Source: Klebsormidium nitens (taxonomy: Eukaryota; Plantae; Klebsormidiophyceae). From it: DNA of 64,000 bases. Below are positions 38,612 to 50,900 of the stretch, piece by piece. The notes under the pieces are model-generated. The model ran no database searches, was not told where the DNA came from, and saw nothing but the letters and a program-made list of their open reading frames with translations. Both the position numbers and the translations under genes were made by a program. The first letter of the stretch is position 1, and each line of letters begins with the position of its first letter. The DNA lies in NCBI GenBank assembly GCA_000708835.1, contig DF237013.1:5071-69070 (forward strand). Direction: 5' to 3'.

Positions 38612-38984
38612 TGTAGCACGTGCACCATTGATATTGTATATTCTGCCGCCACGACATCTATAGGAATGACGTGGCGATTCTGCACCGTTCGATGCATACC
38701 TGTCGCCATGGCCTAACGGCTATCTACCTGCATTTGACCGTTAGGACTGCTGCTTTCGCCTTGCGAGCATTTGCTTATGTTGTCTTGCATCTTGTGACTG
38801 GAGCTACGGCTCACCTATAAAGGTGGACTTCTCCACCGTGTAAGTCCTCATTCCCGGTTTCCAAGTTTGAGGCATCCAATCCAACTCTAGCAAGTTTCTC
38901 AACTCTCGAGCTCCGCTCTTCCCGCTAAGCTCCCTACTAGTGTAAAAGTCTCCAATTTCCTTGTAAAATTAGCCTGAGATTACA
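38612..38984 (+). mobile_element. Solo LTR (373 bp) with TGTA...TACA termini and 5-bp TSD CCGTA
   Basis: ccgta|TGTAGCACG...GAGATTACA|ccgta, with the TSD at 38607-38611 and 38985-38989. TATAAA at 38816-38821 is followed by a pyrimidine-rich R/U5-like stretch. No internal retroelement ORFs adjacent. Confidence 0.8.
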
Positions 38985-39031
38985 CCGTAGCTGGAGCTCG
39001 GACGACGGTACCTAATTTATAGGAATAATAA

Positions 39032-39164
39032 GGGCCAGGTATAATAAGCTCACCAGCCTGGGACGGGAGGGGTTAGTTTGGGGGTTAGGGTGGGTACGGG
39101 TGCGGAGCGGGTAGATTGTTGGGTTAGGGTTTTAGTGTTAGCTGGAGCTTATTATACCTGGCTC
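39032..39164. mobile_element. Small MITE (about 133 bp) with 20-25-bp TIRs and a telomere-like interior
   Basis: Left: taa|GGGCCAGGTATAATAAGCTCaCCAGC. Right: GCTGGAGCTTATTATACCTGGCTC|tta. The interior contains GGGGTTAG, GGGGTTAGGG and GGGTTAGGGTTTTAG. Confidence 0.85.
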
Positions 39165-39167
39165 TTA

Positions 39168-39858
39168 GGCCCCTCTTCCACTAGCGGTCGGTCTTCGATT
39201 TCTCTAAATTCCCATTGGCCAGACCCCCCTTTTATTACGGTAGACCGGTCTTACACTGGTCTTCGGTCACCGGTCTTCCGAGAACTCCGTGCCACGTCGG
39301 CGGTCAAGAAGTATTTATTTTACTACCGCTGGATTCAGGGCTTGCCACCAACTTTCACCGGTGCCGGCTGTCTACCGGCCCACCTATACTTTTACCGGCT
39401 TGCCACACGGGCTAAAGCACCGGACGCCGGTTCTGCCTAGGCGCCCAGCATTTTCTGCCGGCTGTCCAGCCGGTAGGGTGCCTTCGGCACCGGTGCATCC
39501 ATCATTTCTGCAGGCCAGGTCCAGCTTAAACACCGGTTCGTGGCAAGCACTGGCTGGATTTCGCCGGTACTGGAATAATTCCACCGGTCTTCCGAAGGAT
39601 CCGTAAAATCCAACCAATGGCAAGGCGGCGCGCACCGTGGGGCTCGAACGGCAATGATTGAGTAGCCTGTCTACACTGGTGCCTCCATTTTTGAGACGAA
39701 GACCGACCGGAAGAAGGACCGGAGACCTCTTCCATTGTGTAGCGGTCGGTCTTCAATTCTCTGAAATTCTATTGGCTGGCTCCGCATTCCTCCGGTCTTT
39801 CTAGCTGGTCTTCGAATTTTAATTTCGGGAAGACCAGACCGGTAGTGGAAGAGGGGCA
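39168..39858. mobile_element. PIF/Harbinger-type MITE (691 bp), TTA TSD, rich in (A)CCGG(T) subterminal motifs
   Basis: Left: tta|GGCCCCTCTTCCACTAGCGGTCGGTCTTC. Right: GAAGACCAGACCGGTAGTGGAAGAGGGGCA|tta. TTA at 39165-39167 and 39859-39861. An internal direct copy of the left end lies at about 39727-39780. Confidence 0.88.
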
Positions 39859-40839
39859 TTATTATAAAATATATAATATATCTAAATTAGTCTGTCATCG
39901 TAGCTGGCCGGGGGCCAGGTAGCATGAGTCCACATCCTCGTCGGAACCGCCAGAGCTTGATCTTTTCAATCGAACGGCCTCGAGCGCATCCATCCATATA
40001 GGGAACTTGCGGACAATGTCAGCCGTCCAATGCATTCTGCGGCTTTGCTGATCGAACCTTTATGATCGAAAAACATCACTGAGAACCCAGGCTGCTATGT
40101 ACCTATCTGATCTAACCTGATCCAACCCGGTGTCCAGTCCAGAAACCGATGCTCTCGGCCTCATGGTCGGTCCCCAGTCTCCAAGGGCGCCGCTCTTGGG
40201 CCCTCAGATCCGGGGTGATAGTCCGGTACCTATCACCGAGAGATCTAGAAGAAACCTATCTATGATGTTCAAAATGTAGGCAAGTAGGAGGTTTAACTGT
40301 GGAGGCAAAGTGGCCGGTCATTGCCTTCGACGATGAGCGAAGCTGCGGGAGTGGAGGAACGGTGTCGAGTCCACGTTCCCCCATCGCTGCAAGATGGATT
40401 CTGGGCCGTGCAACTTGCTTGGCCTCCGTAATCTGACGGTTCGGATCTCTTGAGTAGATCTGATGGTTGCGGACGGCTGAGAGTCCATCATCTGACTTTT
40501 GCAGCCCACTTCAGTTTTCAAACCTGAACCGAGGCTGACGTGGTGGAGAAAGAAGCCTGCACACAAGGCGCAGCGCCGCAGCGGCAGCTAGGAGGCACTG
40601 GCAGTGGAAGCAGCGTGAGGAAAGGGATACCTCACGAGCTGTGCATAGGGAAGACTATTGAGCTGGGTAATGACCCTTCAAACAGCTAGTACGACCGTTT
40701 GTGCTTGTGAGCAAGAAGAAGGGAAGTCTTTTGAGTTCTTGAGCTTGTTGGCTTGCTTCCGTGACATCTGAGGTGGGCCAAAGAGGTTTGGGTGTACTTG
40801 TGGGTCAATTATAGCGCATAGTAGTCCGTAGCTGGCACA

Positions 40840-43800
40840 ATGGCTGCCTTAGGGGAAGAGCCGGCTGGACTGGCTCAGGCTGAGCAAGATGCACACCAGC
40901 ATGAGCAGCAACTAGAGCAGCATCATGGGATGCACGAGGGGGCAATGCATGAGGGGGGAATCCATGAGGGGGGGATGCACGAAGGTGGGATGCACGAAGG
41001 TGGGATGCACGAGGGGGTGTTGCACGAGGGTACTCCTGTGCATCAAGGACACCCGGGGCATGAGGATGTGGAAATTGAGGGGGAGGAGTATGACGATGAT
41101 CCGATGTCAGTCAGAGATCCATCGAACACCAAGCAGCTGACCCTGTCGTACCAAGGAGAGGTCTATGTGTTTGACACGGTTCCCCCTGAGAAGGTAAAGG
41201 AACAGCTGAGCATGACATGGTCATCCTTCAGAGCAGTTCCGGATCTTGTAGCAATTTTATGGCTGCTGCAAGAAAGTTGCCGTGCAGTGGTTCATCCGTC
41301 CTTTTCAGGGGTCCGGGCAGGTTTTGTCAGAGTTCTGTAGTTATCTTCTTTGGTGAGCATGGAGCGACCGTTCTGTCTACTTGGAGGTGGCCAGCAGACG
41401 TAACAGGACACAAAGAGGAAGGGTGTCCTTTCCTGTGCATCTTGTGGCTGGGAGTGCAAGAGGTCATTCAAAATTCTGATTTTTCTTGACTGTATATTGT
41501 ACTCAGATGTTTGAATTTGTTGAATCCCTATCAAAGCAGTGGATTCTGACTTTCTTCCAATCATTCAGTGAGCTCCGAGTTGAAGTTAAAGACTGGCAGT
41601 TCAGTACAAACATTCTGTACTTTTCTAATATGTCGATTACTTGCTCAGTGCTAAATTATTATATTCTTGGTTTCCACAGGCTTGTGTAGCTACCTTAGTT
41701 TGTTTTATATTGACTACAGTGGTAATAAGCAGATCTAATATTAGGGGTATCTGCCTCGGACTCTGAGAGGACCCATAAGTGCTGCACCCAGAAGCTTGAT
41801 ATGCCTAAGGGCATATTACCTCAGGCCTGAAGCAAGCCAACCAAAAGCCTGCCCTAGTATCAAGAAGACGATGCTGCAAGGAGCGAATTTGATACTTGAC
41901 AAAGTGCAGCTATTTGCTAGATCAAATTTGCGTGGTACTTGTCCCCCATTTTACCTGCCCCACAAGACGCCAGGTCCAAAAGATTCCGGTTATAAAAAGG
42001 TTCTGTACTTCTAGCTGGCACTGCATGAAAAAACATGTTGAGCTGGCTAGGCTTGCATCTGCCCCTCAAGTAACTCACATATTTGGCTCCTGCTTGCCCA
42101 GGTGCAAGCGGTGCTCCTTCTCCTTGGAAGCCAGGAGACGCCTGCAGGGCTGAGCCTCGCCCAGCTTGGAAAGGTAAGAAGTCTCGGATTGTCCAGCTCC
42201 ACCTCCTACAATGCGATGCAGCATGGTGGTTTGGACTGTATGTTGCAGCCAAACCTTGAATCAGACCGATTGAATGGTTTGGTAATTAAAACTTCGTCAA
42301 GCACAGGCGGTTCCACAAGAAAAATGAGTTTGAGGTGCTTTCAGAGTAAGTGGCTAAGATCTGTTTTGGATTAAAAGATTTGCGTCCAAGTGAGGCTTGC
42401 TCAGAAGTTGGTTTTGCTCAGAGGATTATGGCGCCTACATCTGGTGTGGCCGGGTTGAGTTTCCTCGTTTGTTTTGTTCTGCTCTTGTTCTGCTCCTGTT
42501 GAGCAGAGCGCTGAACTCTGATACATACTCCTGCAAGCACTGTCTCTCGGAATCTTCTTCAAAGTAAAGCTTCCCAAAGTTTTGGTCGTGGTCCCAGCTT
42601 TTGAAAGCATTCCAGTGATTGCCTCTGTAGTCAGGAGATATCTTCCGAGCTGTTCGTGAATGTCTTCCTACCTTGACTTTGCAAAGATATTCTTTGATTG
42701 ACACCAACTTTTCTTTCCAGGGATATGACCTGCCCTCCCGCCTGAACCAGCCTATGAGGCTAGCGTCCCTGCAACGTTTCAGGGAGAAGCGGAAAGAGAG
42801 AAACTATGACAAGAAGATTAGATACTCGGTGCGCAAGGAAGTGGCACAACGGTGAGCTTATGACTTCGCCCCATCAGACAGAGTCATCGTCAGCACTGTG
42901 AACTGTCTTTCTTCATGAATTGATAAGTTACCACCAACTGGGGAACTGCGTGGGGGTGCAACAAACCGCAGCCCCCCATTCATCAAGGGGCCCTATGATG
43001 CAGCTTTGATGATTACTGAGACTTTTGAAGGATGCGGTTTGTCTCTGACTAGGTTCAAAAGGATCAGACACACAAAAGCTAGAGTATGTCGATGCTGTGC
43101 ATTCTGATGGGGATGGGGGGCTCCTGCTGACGTTTTCTTACAATGACGCTTGTTATCTGCAGGATGCAAAGGAAGAAAGGCCAGTTTGCTTCCAACCGAC
43201 CGCAGCCAAGCGATGATGGTTCCGGGGGCGGGGAGTTTGGGTCAGATGGTCAGGCCCACCAGGAGATGACGTGAGCATCCTTGTGATCCTTGTGTTTGTA
43301 CGGTGGGAAATGTTTTATGGTTGATGTAGAGAAAAGCTCAAGTATTTTTTCATTCAGGAAGTGAAGGATCTGGCTTCCATTATCCCGGTGTTCACAGTTC
43401 CTGTAATCTTCGAAATACTTATCATGTTTGTAACGCTTCTGACCACTTGTGTCGACGCGGGTCTGCTGAGGGCTTGCTAGCCGGCCTGCAGACATGTCTC
43501 AATCGATTCCTGATAGTTGTGTCTTCCAAGTGTCTGTTTTGGACGGTTTCTTCCAAGGAGGTAACCTGTGCCTCCCGGAAGTGAGTGAGGGCTTGGGGTG
43601 CACTGCATCATCCTTTTGCAAGTTGATGTCCTTTCAAAAATGGATGATGCGTCAGTCAGCTTGCTTGGGTTGCCTGGATGGTTTGGTTGGGGCTTGAGGC
43701 AAGTAATATTCTTTTGTGTACTGCAACTCTCGCGCACTTAGAGATGGCCACTTTCGACGTGCCTGAGAGCATGGTCATTCCGCAGGCTGCGGCCCTAATT

Positions 43801-46667
43801 TCTAGACCCAATGACAACGAAGCAGGCGTCTATCTTCACCTTGAAGGGGAGGGATCCGAATTCAAACTTTCCGAGCACAGGATTGGATCACAGCCTTTTA
43901 CCACCATGACACTTGTGGAAGTGAATATACATCAGCGCGTGACCGAGATCGAGCTTTTTACAACAAGATTACTGTTCTTCTTCCTTGCCACTGAAGCTTT
44001 ATTTGTGTTTGCAGGTGCACAAATTGCGGTATTGGTGAGAAGCAGACCCCCATGATGAGGCGGGGTCCGCATGGCCCCGGGACACTCTGCAACGCGTGCG
44101 GGTTGCAGTGGGCCAGCAAGGTGCGTCTTTGGCAGCTCGTTCGTAGCCCCTTCCATTCTCTGTCCTCATGTCTGCTGTTTCCTTAAGCCCGTCTATTTGA
44201 TCATCGTGGTGGCCCTTCGTAGCAGCAGGTGTCTAAACCCCTGAAAGTGGAAAAGACAGGCAACTGAAAGGGGCAGAGGTGTGGTTCGTTCAGTCTGGTC
44301 TGATTTTACGACATTCTCGAAGCTGAGTCACTTGGCAGGCTTCATTCCTTTGGGCTTGCAGATCCCGGGCGGTGGATTGAGTAAAAGCTTCTTTCAATTG
44401 GCCATGTTTCTGGTATCCTCTCTTGGCTCTTGTCATCGTTCCCGAGCTTTGGACACCTGGCCTTGAGCCGAGACACTGTCTTCCTTGGAAGACCTCTGTC
44501 GGCCTTGCATAAATTTCCTGCTGGTTTTGCGGTCGGCCACCAGCTTCAAACTAAGAGATTGTTGGCACGTGTCGTTCGGTGATGGGAAGCGAAACCTGGC
44601 CATTCTCTTATCTGACCTTTTCGGTGATCATTTGGCCCTGTACTAACATTCAAAGGCAGTACTTGAGTTGTGTGCGGTACTTCTGACCAAGTCGTTGAGG
44701 ATTTTGACAAAGTTGTCTGAGGATACCTTGTAACTGCCCATCTTGTCTGGTCACGAGGACGAGCAGTCAGGGCGTTTTGAGTTTGAATGAACGCTCTGAA
44801 TCTCTGGACTCAAAAGGGGTTGTATTTGTGAGCTGGGAAAGGCTTTTCCAGTCGTCATCGTCGAAATCCCGGATTCTGCTGTATCCGGCTTCGCTGCGAG
44901 AAACCTATTTGGCTGACCATCTTTCACTTCGTTCCCTACAGGGTGCTCTTCGGGACACCCGCAAAGACAAACAGCCAAGGGACTCGGTAAGCGCTCAACC
45001 TGTGGTACTATGAGAAGTGGTCCTCCTTCTTTCGTATGCAATTTGGTTAAATGGTTGTTGTTTTTGTTTTCCTGGCGCGGTTGTACACGGGTTTGCAATC
45101 TACCCTTGACACATAGGTTTGAGCCAGCTTTCAAGAGTCAGGCTTGGTTCTGCTAGTCGACCGCGTGAAAAATCAGAGTACAATATGTAGTGCTCAGGAC
45201 TCGGCCAATGAATTTGAAAGTGTAGGGTAAGGGCGGAGGGCCAGCGCATGCAAGCTGTCAGTAGTCTACGTTTTCCAACCAATGACTACAAGGGTTTACC
45301 AAGGAAGTGGCTGTCTCAGAGCCCGTGAACATCTCCGGCGCCCCCAAAGTCTTGCCCCCAACAGACACCCGAATTCTTGGGGGCACACTGAGGAAACCCG
45401 AGCATGCTTTGGTTGAACCAGCAGCACAAGCTTGGTCGTCCCTCTGCAGCAAAGCCTCATCTCTTGCCAAGCAGAACAGATTGCTAATGGAGACCTGTCA
45501 ACAAGAGTCCAATGCCACAAAGCCGTTCGAAGAGACGGGCCAAGCAGGGCGTCACATCTTGTAAAGAGCTGACTGGGCCGCGCTAGATCAGACATTCCCC
45601 TTGAGGAATTTCGGCACACTAAGGGATGCTTCAAGTAACGCTCGTTATTCTGAAAGTTACTTTTGAGTACGGTACACTCTTCCAGGATTTGGTTCCAGAG
45701 TCCAGAGCAAACGGATTCTTAGTACTTGTCAATCGATTCCAGTCTTTTTGCCAACGGAATCTCTCCCAATTTCTTGCGTGTCGAAGTTGAATCCTACTTC
45801 CCTTTCTTCGTCTATCTGCTATAATCAGCAGCTTGCTCTAGCTCGGCACTATACTTGGCTTGCCGACGTGACCCGTATTCGTGAACAGTTTTCACTGCTG
45901 ATGTCGGTCCGTTGACACGGCAAGGGTCACTCCGCGCAGACTCAGAACTTCTCAGAGTGATGTTTTCGCGTTGGAGATGCCGAAATCTCACATTACACTC
46001 TAAACCGCAGATGGACGGGCAGGAGAACGTCCACCAGGAGTACTTGCCTCAGCTTCTTCCGGAGCCAATCAGCTCCGAGCACCAGTCGATGGTCCAAGGG
46101 CAAGAAGTCCTGGGACAACAGATCCAGGTAATTCAATCTCTTTAGCAATTATGAATCTTCAAGCAGTAGAAAGGCAGTGGAGGCGTGTGACCTCATCACG
46201 ACGGTTGTGTCTGATTTCCGATGTGAGGGGCAGCGATGCAAAGTTCCGTCAGGATAGTCTATCGAAACCTCCCTTCTTAGCTGGACTCTATATCACGTCA
46301 AGCCTCAAGCATTCAGCCCAACAAAGAGCGTTTAGAAGAGAAGGCAAAGAGCTTTTGTCGTTGCTTTGTCTCCTGAATACGCATAGGTTGACTCAGACGT
46401 CGGGATCTCAATGACCGGGAGTCATCGGGGAATGTTATGAGAGAGCATATAGCAACGAGGTGACGAGTTTCTGATCAGAAGCGCAGGGTATTGCTTTCCG
46501 GCCTCAACATTGGTTTCGGCTGGTCGTCACTTGTTGGGGGGAGACGCTGATTGAGTTGCGCACTTTTGCAGGCTATTGATGTTCCAGGAAATCAATTGGC
46601 GATCGAAGGCGTCCTGCCAAATGCCACTGAAATGGCGCCTCCAATTGCAAATGGCACAGCTCAGTGA
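40840..46667 (+). CDS. ZML: ZIM-like GATA transcription factor (TIFY + CCT + C-X2-C-X20-C-X2-C zinc finger), 8 exons
   Basis: Exons 40840-41193, 42102-42173, 42721-42851, 43163-43270, 44015-44120, 44942-44986, 46011-46127, 46572-46667. Domains: [20 protein letters not shown]|VQAVLLLLG (TIFY); [32 protein letters not shown]|MQRKKGQF (CCT); [30 protein letters not shown] (GATA). The last two exons are less certain. Confidence 0.93.
40930..41034 (+). repeat. Coding 15-bp minisatellite, 7 units, encoding (M/I/L)HEG(G/A/V/T)
   Basis: ATGCACGAGGGGGCA, ATGCATGAGGGGGGA, ATCCATGAGGGGGGG, ATGCACGAAGGTGGG x2, ATGCACGAGGGGGTG, TTGCACGAGGGTACT in ZML exon 1. Confidence 0.95.
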
Positions 46668-47974
46668 GCTAGAGCTTGGTAGTGTGGAAGATTACAATAA
46701 ACAACCCAACCGTGGTGATCCAAGTTATGATGGCAGATGTTGGAGCAGATCTTAAAGCTTTCCACCATAGTAAAGGACGGTATGCATCCCCTTTACGTTG
46801 CTCAGGCTAGGCACCAGACTTTAAGGATGATGTGGAGTTATGTATATTATAGGATACAGTGGCCATTTCTTTTATCTTTGTGAGATGTGGAGGAGAACCA
46901 GGTTGTGCAAGAAGAGCTTGCTTGATAGCAAGGTGCCTTCGCATTCTTCTCGGCTGATTTCCGGCGGCGGTCAAGTGGACAAGCACAACGATGTTGTCAA
47001 GGTGGCCCTTGTCCTTTGAGGCTTGATGCGGCCTTGCCTGCTACTTCCTTCCCTTTTGGATCACAATTGGTCAATCATGCAGCATATACGACTTACAGAT
47101 ACAAGTCTGGTCCAAAATCTGAAAGTAGCAAATCTAGTACCGGCTAGTCCCTATCCGACCTAAGTTCTGGCATAATAGTAGCAAATCTTTAGAATAGACT
47201 CGATCAATCAGCTGAAAAGGTTGACGGGTTTGGAACGTGCTTCGAACTTCTACGATGCAACCAATGTGCATCATATTCATGTGGCTTGATTGTGCTTTCT
47301 GGAAGGGTTTGGTAGTTGTAACGACTAATTTTTGCACATGGCTGTGATGTGATTTGTCGGATGCAGCGCCTCCCGAAATGTCGTGCAACATGCATGGAAC
47401 TTCAATTTATGCAGGCGAAGCGCCACAGTTTTGAAGTTTACGAGCTCAGTTTTCGATCCCACTCAGTACATGGGGCCATACGGGGCCCGGTGATACCTTT
47501 GAACAGCATCAAATGGTGTAGGTTGAGCCCTCGGTGACCAGAATTGGACGGTCGACAGCGCGAGAGACAAATCCATCGACGGTTCTAACGTGCTTGAGCA
47601 GTCTCAGTGTGACAAGTGTCAAGCAGCGCGTCTCCGAATTTCTCCGTGTCGACCGGTAGTGTGTATAGCCTATAGATGCAATTTTCGATGCAAGTCTGCA
47701 TCATGCAAGCGCAAGCGCATGGATCCACTATCCTTGAATGCCAATGGAGAACCTTAAAGCAAGAACCTAAATAAGCAAGAAGTTTCTGATCTCAGTTCTC
47801 ATGCTTTTCAAATTCAATGCAGTCGTTCTCATATTGTCCAGATCTCAATCTGCCACCATTGATGAGTAGACGAGAACAACCTGTAGAGTTCACACGGACG
47901 TTCTCGCGACCTCAATTGCAGCAGCTCAAAGCAGAATAGTCAGATTGACAGCTGTGTTGCTGTTGGCTGCAACC

Positions 47975-50900
47975 ATGGTGAAGATCTTTCTGACTGGTGC
48001 CACAGGTAAGTCACTGCGAGAACCCCCTTGCTGCATTTTCTCTCAGGAGGTCGCTAGCATAACTATCTAGTTGGTGACATGTGAGGAAGCGGATGCACGT
48101 GTTTGGTATCATCTTGTGTAGCCCCATATGATTGGCTAGCTCTGGAATGAATATTCGCACTCTCAATGCCGTGGGCGACATGCAAGAGCAGTTGAGGAGA
48201 AATCTTTTGTTGACCTCGCTGCTGACCAAAATCGCAGCTTCGATGTACCTGCACAATTCTGCTGGGATTCTGCTCCCAATAATGACCTCAGAGAACTTCA
48301 ATTAGCAAGGCCTGACGACTGCCGTTGCTCATCTTCTCTGACCTCTTTACTGTTCAAGACCCCTCTCGTTTCTGTGACACAGAGAATTTGCGCTTAAGTA
48401 AACTGCTGATCTGCCAATGAGTGTTCCTCCTACCACCTGGTGTTACTTCTTAACCATTACATTGCCTCTTCTTGAGAAAGCCGAATTCAGACTTTTCTTT
48501 GTTATCTATGGCAGGGTACATTGGCAGCGTGATTGCAGAGTTTGCCCTCAAGGCCGGTCACACGGTGCGGGGCTTGGCGCGCAGCGAAGCGTCCGCTGAA
48601 AAGCTCAGGGCCAAAGGAGTGGATCCAGTCATTGGGGACTTGCACACGCTCGACGTTCTGAAAGAAGAGGCACAGAAAGCTGATGCTGGTGAGACTTTGA
48701 CCAACACCAGTTCAGAGTCAATCAAGAAGTTGACTGTTGTGCAAGTGATGACCTGCTTGTGGCCTGTTGCATGAGAAAGGCCATCGTCTAGTTGATTTTC
48801 AATTGCCCCCCAACTGCAGAAAGGGGGTTTGGAGCTGAGCCAGATGCGCTTCTTGGCATTGACCAGAACCGGTTACCCTTTTCATAACCCAAGCACTCTA
48901 GTCTGAGTGCTTGTGACACAGGAAACATCATTGAGGCAAGCGAGATGTTTAGACACACAAGCTGAATCTCTCCCCGGGCAGACTAAGAGACTGCCACTGG
49001 CAAAATTGTTGGTGGTTAAGTGATGGCCCTTGACTTGAATAAATGCTCTTTGACGTCAGGTTAGCTGCGCTTTGAGCAGGCTTGCTTAAGAGCAAATGAC
49101 TTCATATGCAGCCTTGGTTTGTGCTTGACCCGGCAATCCTGGCCACCTGACCAAGTTCGACTTGCCGTGATCACAGAAGTTGACCTATCCGGAGGCAGGA
49201 GCCTGGGCTTCTTCAACTTCTACGTTCCGCCAACTCTAGAGTCGCTTTATACAACCAGCTTCTGATGTAATATGTGTCACAGCGATTTTCTGCGTGACAG
49301 AAGCGATCGGATCGGACGCAGGTCTATGCCACAGCTGAAGGAGCTGGCCTCTCTAATGAGAATCTTCAGCCTCCTGCACCCCAGAATGTAAAAGCTTGTC
49401 AATGCAAATCTGTTTCAAGCGTGAGAGTGTCTGGAAAGCGCTTCAAGGATGCCTCACCTTCCAAACTATACCCTATCAACAATGGCGTGTATGACATGCG
49501 ATATGGAAAACTTTGATTGGCCGAGACCCCTACATTGTGCATGATTTAACTTGCAGTCCTCCATCTCGCTTTCATCCACGACTTTGACAAGTACGATGAG
49601 GCCCTGGCGCAAGACCAGAAGGTGATTGGCGCTTTCACAGAGGCGCTGGCTGGGACCAATAAGGTTCTTGTCGGAACGTCAGGTATGCTCCCCGCTACTC
49701 CTTTCGGCTGCGAAGCAGGTTTTGCTCCTGTTCGTCGGAACGTCTTTCTTCGTTGGGTTTCCACTCGCTTTCCGCCACAAGGACGGTTTCCTCGCTTCAC
49801 AGAAAGGTCCGCAGGGCAGGCGCTTTATCGTCGAGCGAACAGGCCTAGCGATATGGATGCTGCTGTCCTTGTGTTTTGTTTTGAACTCACAAAGAAGGAT
49901 ATGTAACAGACGAAGCTTATACGTTCCGAGAAAAGAGGTTCTCTGTAGCTCCTTAGTGCCCCGTTCGTGCCTCAAACGCTGCAGTTGACATCCAGTTGCA
50001 TCAACCTGCATCGGTCGTTTTGTTTTCTCCACTCTGGCCTCCAACTAGGTCCTTCGCTTCAGTGTGCTCAGTGGAGTCAGCCGTAACTCCGCCACGTTCG
50101 TCTTACAGAAAGCAGTGAACCAAAGCTCACGAACCAACCTGAGTGACGGCAGATCTTCTCAGCTAACGTGATTGGTCAAAGTTGTCCGTGACACAACCGT
50201 CTTACAGGAAGCAGTCGACCAGAACCGGGATTCAAGTGGATCAACGGTAGATCTTTTCCGTGAATGAAACTGGTTAAAGGTGTTTTGCAGGTTCTGGTGT
50301 ATATGAGGACACCGGCGATCAGGTTGCGAATGAGGAGACGGAGCTGAAGCCCGGACCCGGGGGAGCGGCACGCGTCGCTTCCGAGCAGGCTTATGTGCAG
50401 GTAAGGGGTAGAAAGCTTGAGGTTCTGCCTAAGCGCTTGAGGCTTAAACCGATGCACAGTATTACCACTCTCTCTGAAATTGACGGGGATGAAAGGCGGC
50501 GCACTGTGAAGGCCGGCCTCAAAGTAAATCTGGTCTTGTTCTTAGGACCCAATTCCGCTAGGGTGGCATTCCTTAACCCGCTCATAAATGCGTGGAAAAC
50601 ACGCCATCAACCACTCGGGTTAAGCAGCCACGCTGGCGCGATCGACTGACCAGCCTTCCCGGTTAACGGGGCCCCCGACAACTCGACTTGTGCCGAAGCA
50701 GTTGTTTGTCCGAGCAAGCGGGCTTGGGGCTCGAGGGACTTTCGAACGTACATGCTTAGCAACACTTGAGGGCGTTGGGAGCAGAACTTTCCGCTTCGCT
50801 GATTGGAATTTGAGTGATCCATTTCTCGAAAAAGGAAGACGGCTTCGTCCTTGTTCTTGGACTCTATGAGCTGGGTCGCTTTAAAGTCCAGGCGGGCAAA

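Noticed and set aside
40205-40250. Hairpin (GGTGATAG...CTATCACC) followed by CTAG as a Helitron 3' end; a similar case at about 13278-13300
   Set aside because: CTAG is followed by A rather than the expected T target base, and no 5' TC end or Rep/helicase sequence was identifiable.
45258-45900. Possible decayed antisense ORF inside ZML intron 6
   Set aside because: Codon-by-codon translation gave about 5 stops in 65 codons plus a frame break at about 45660, no better than random, and no recognisable motif.
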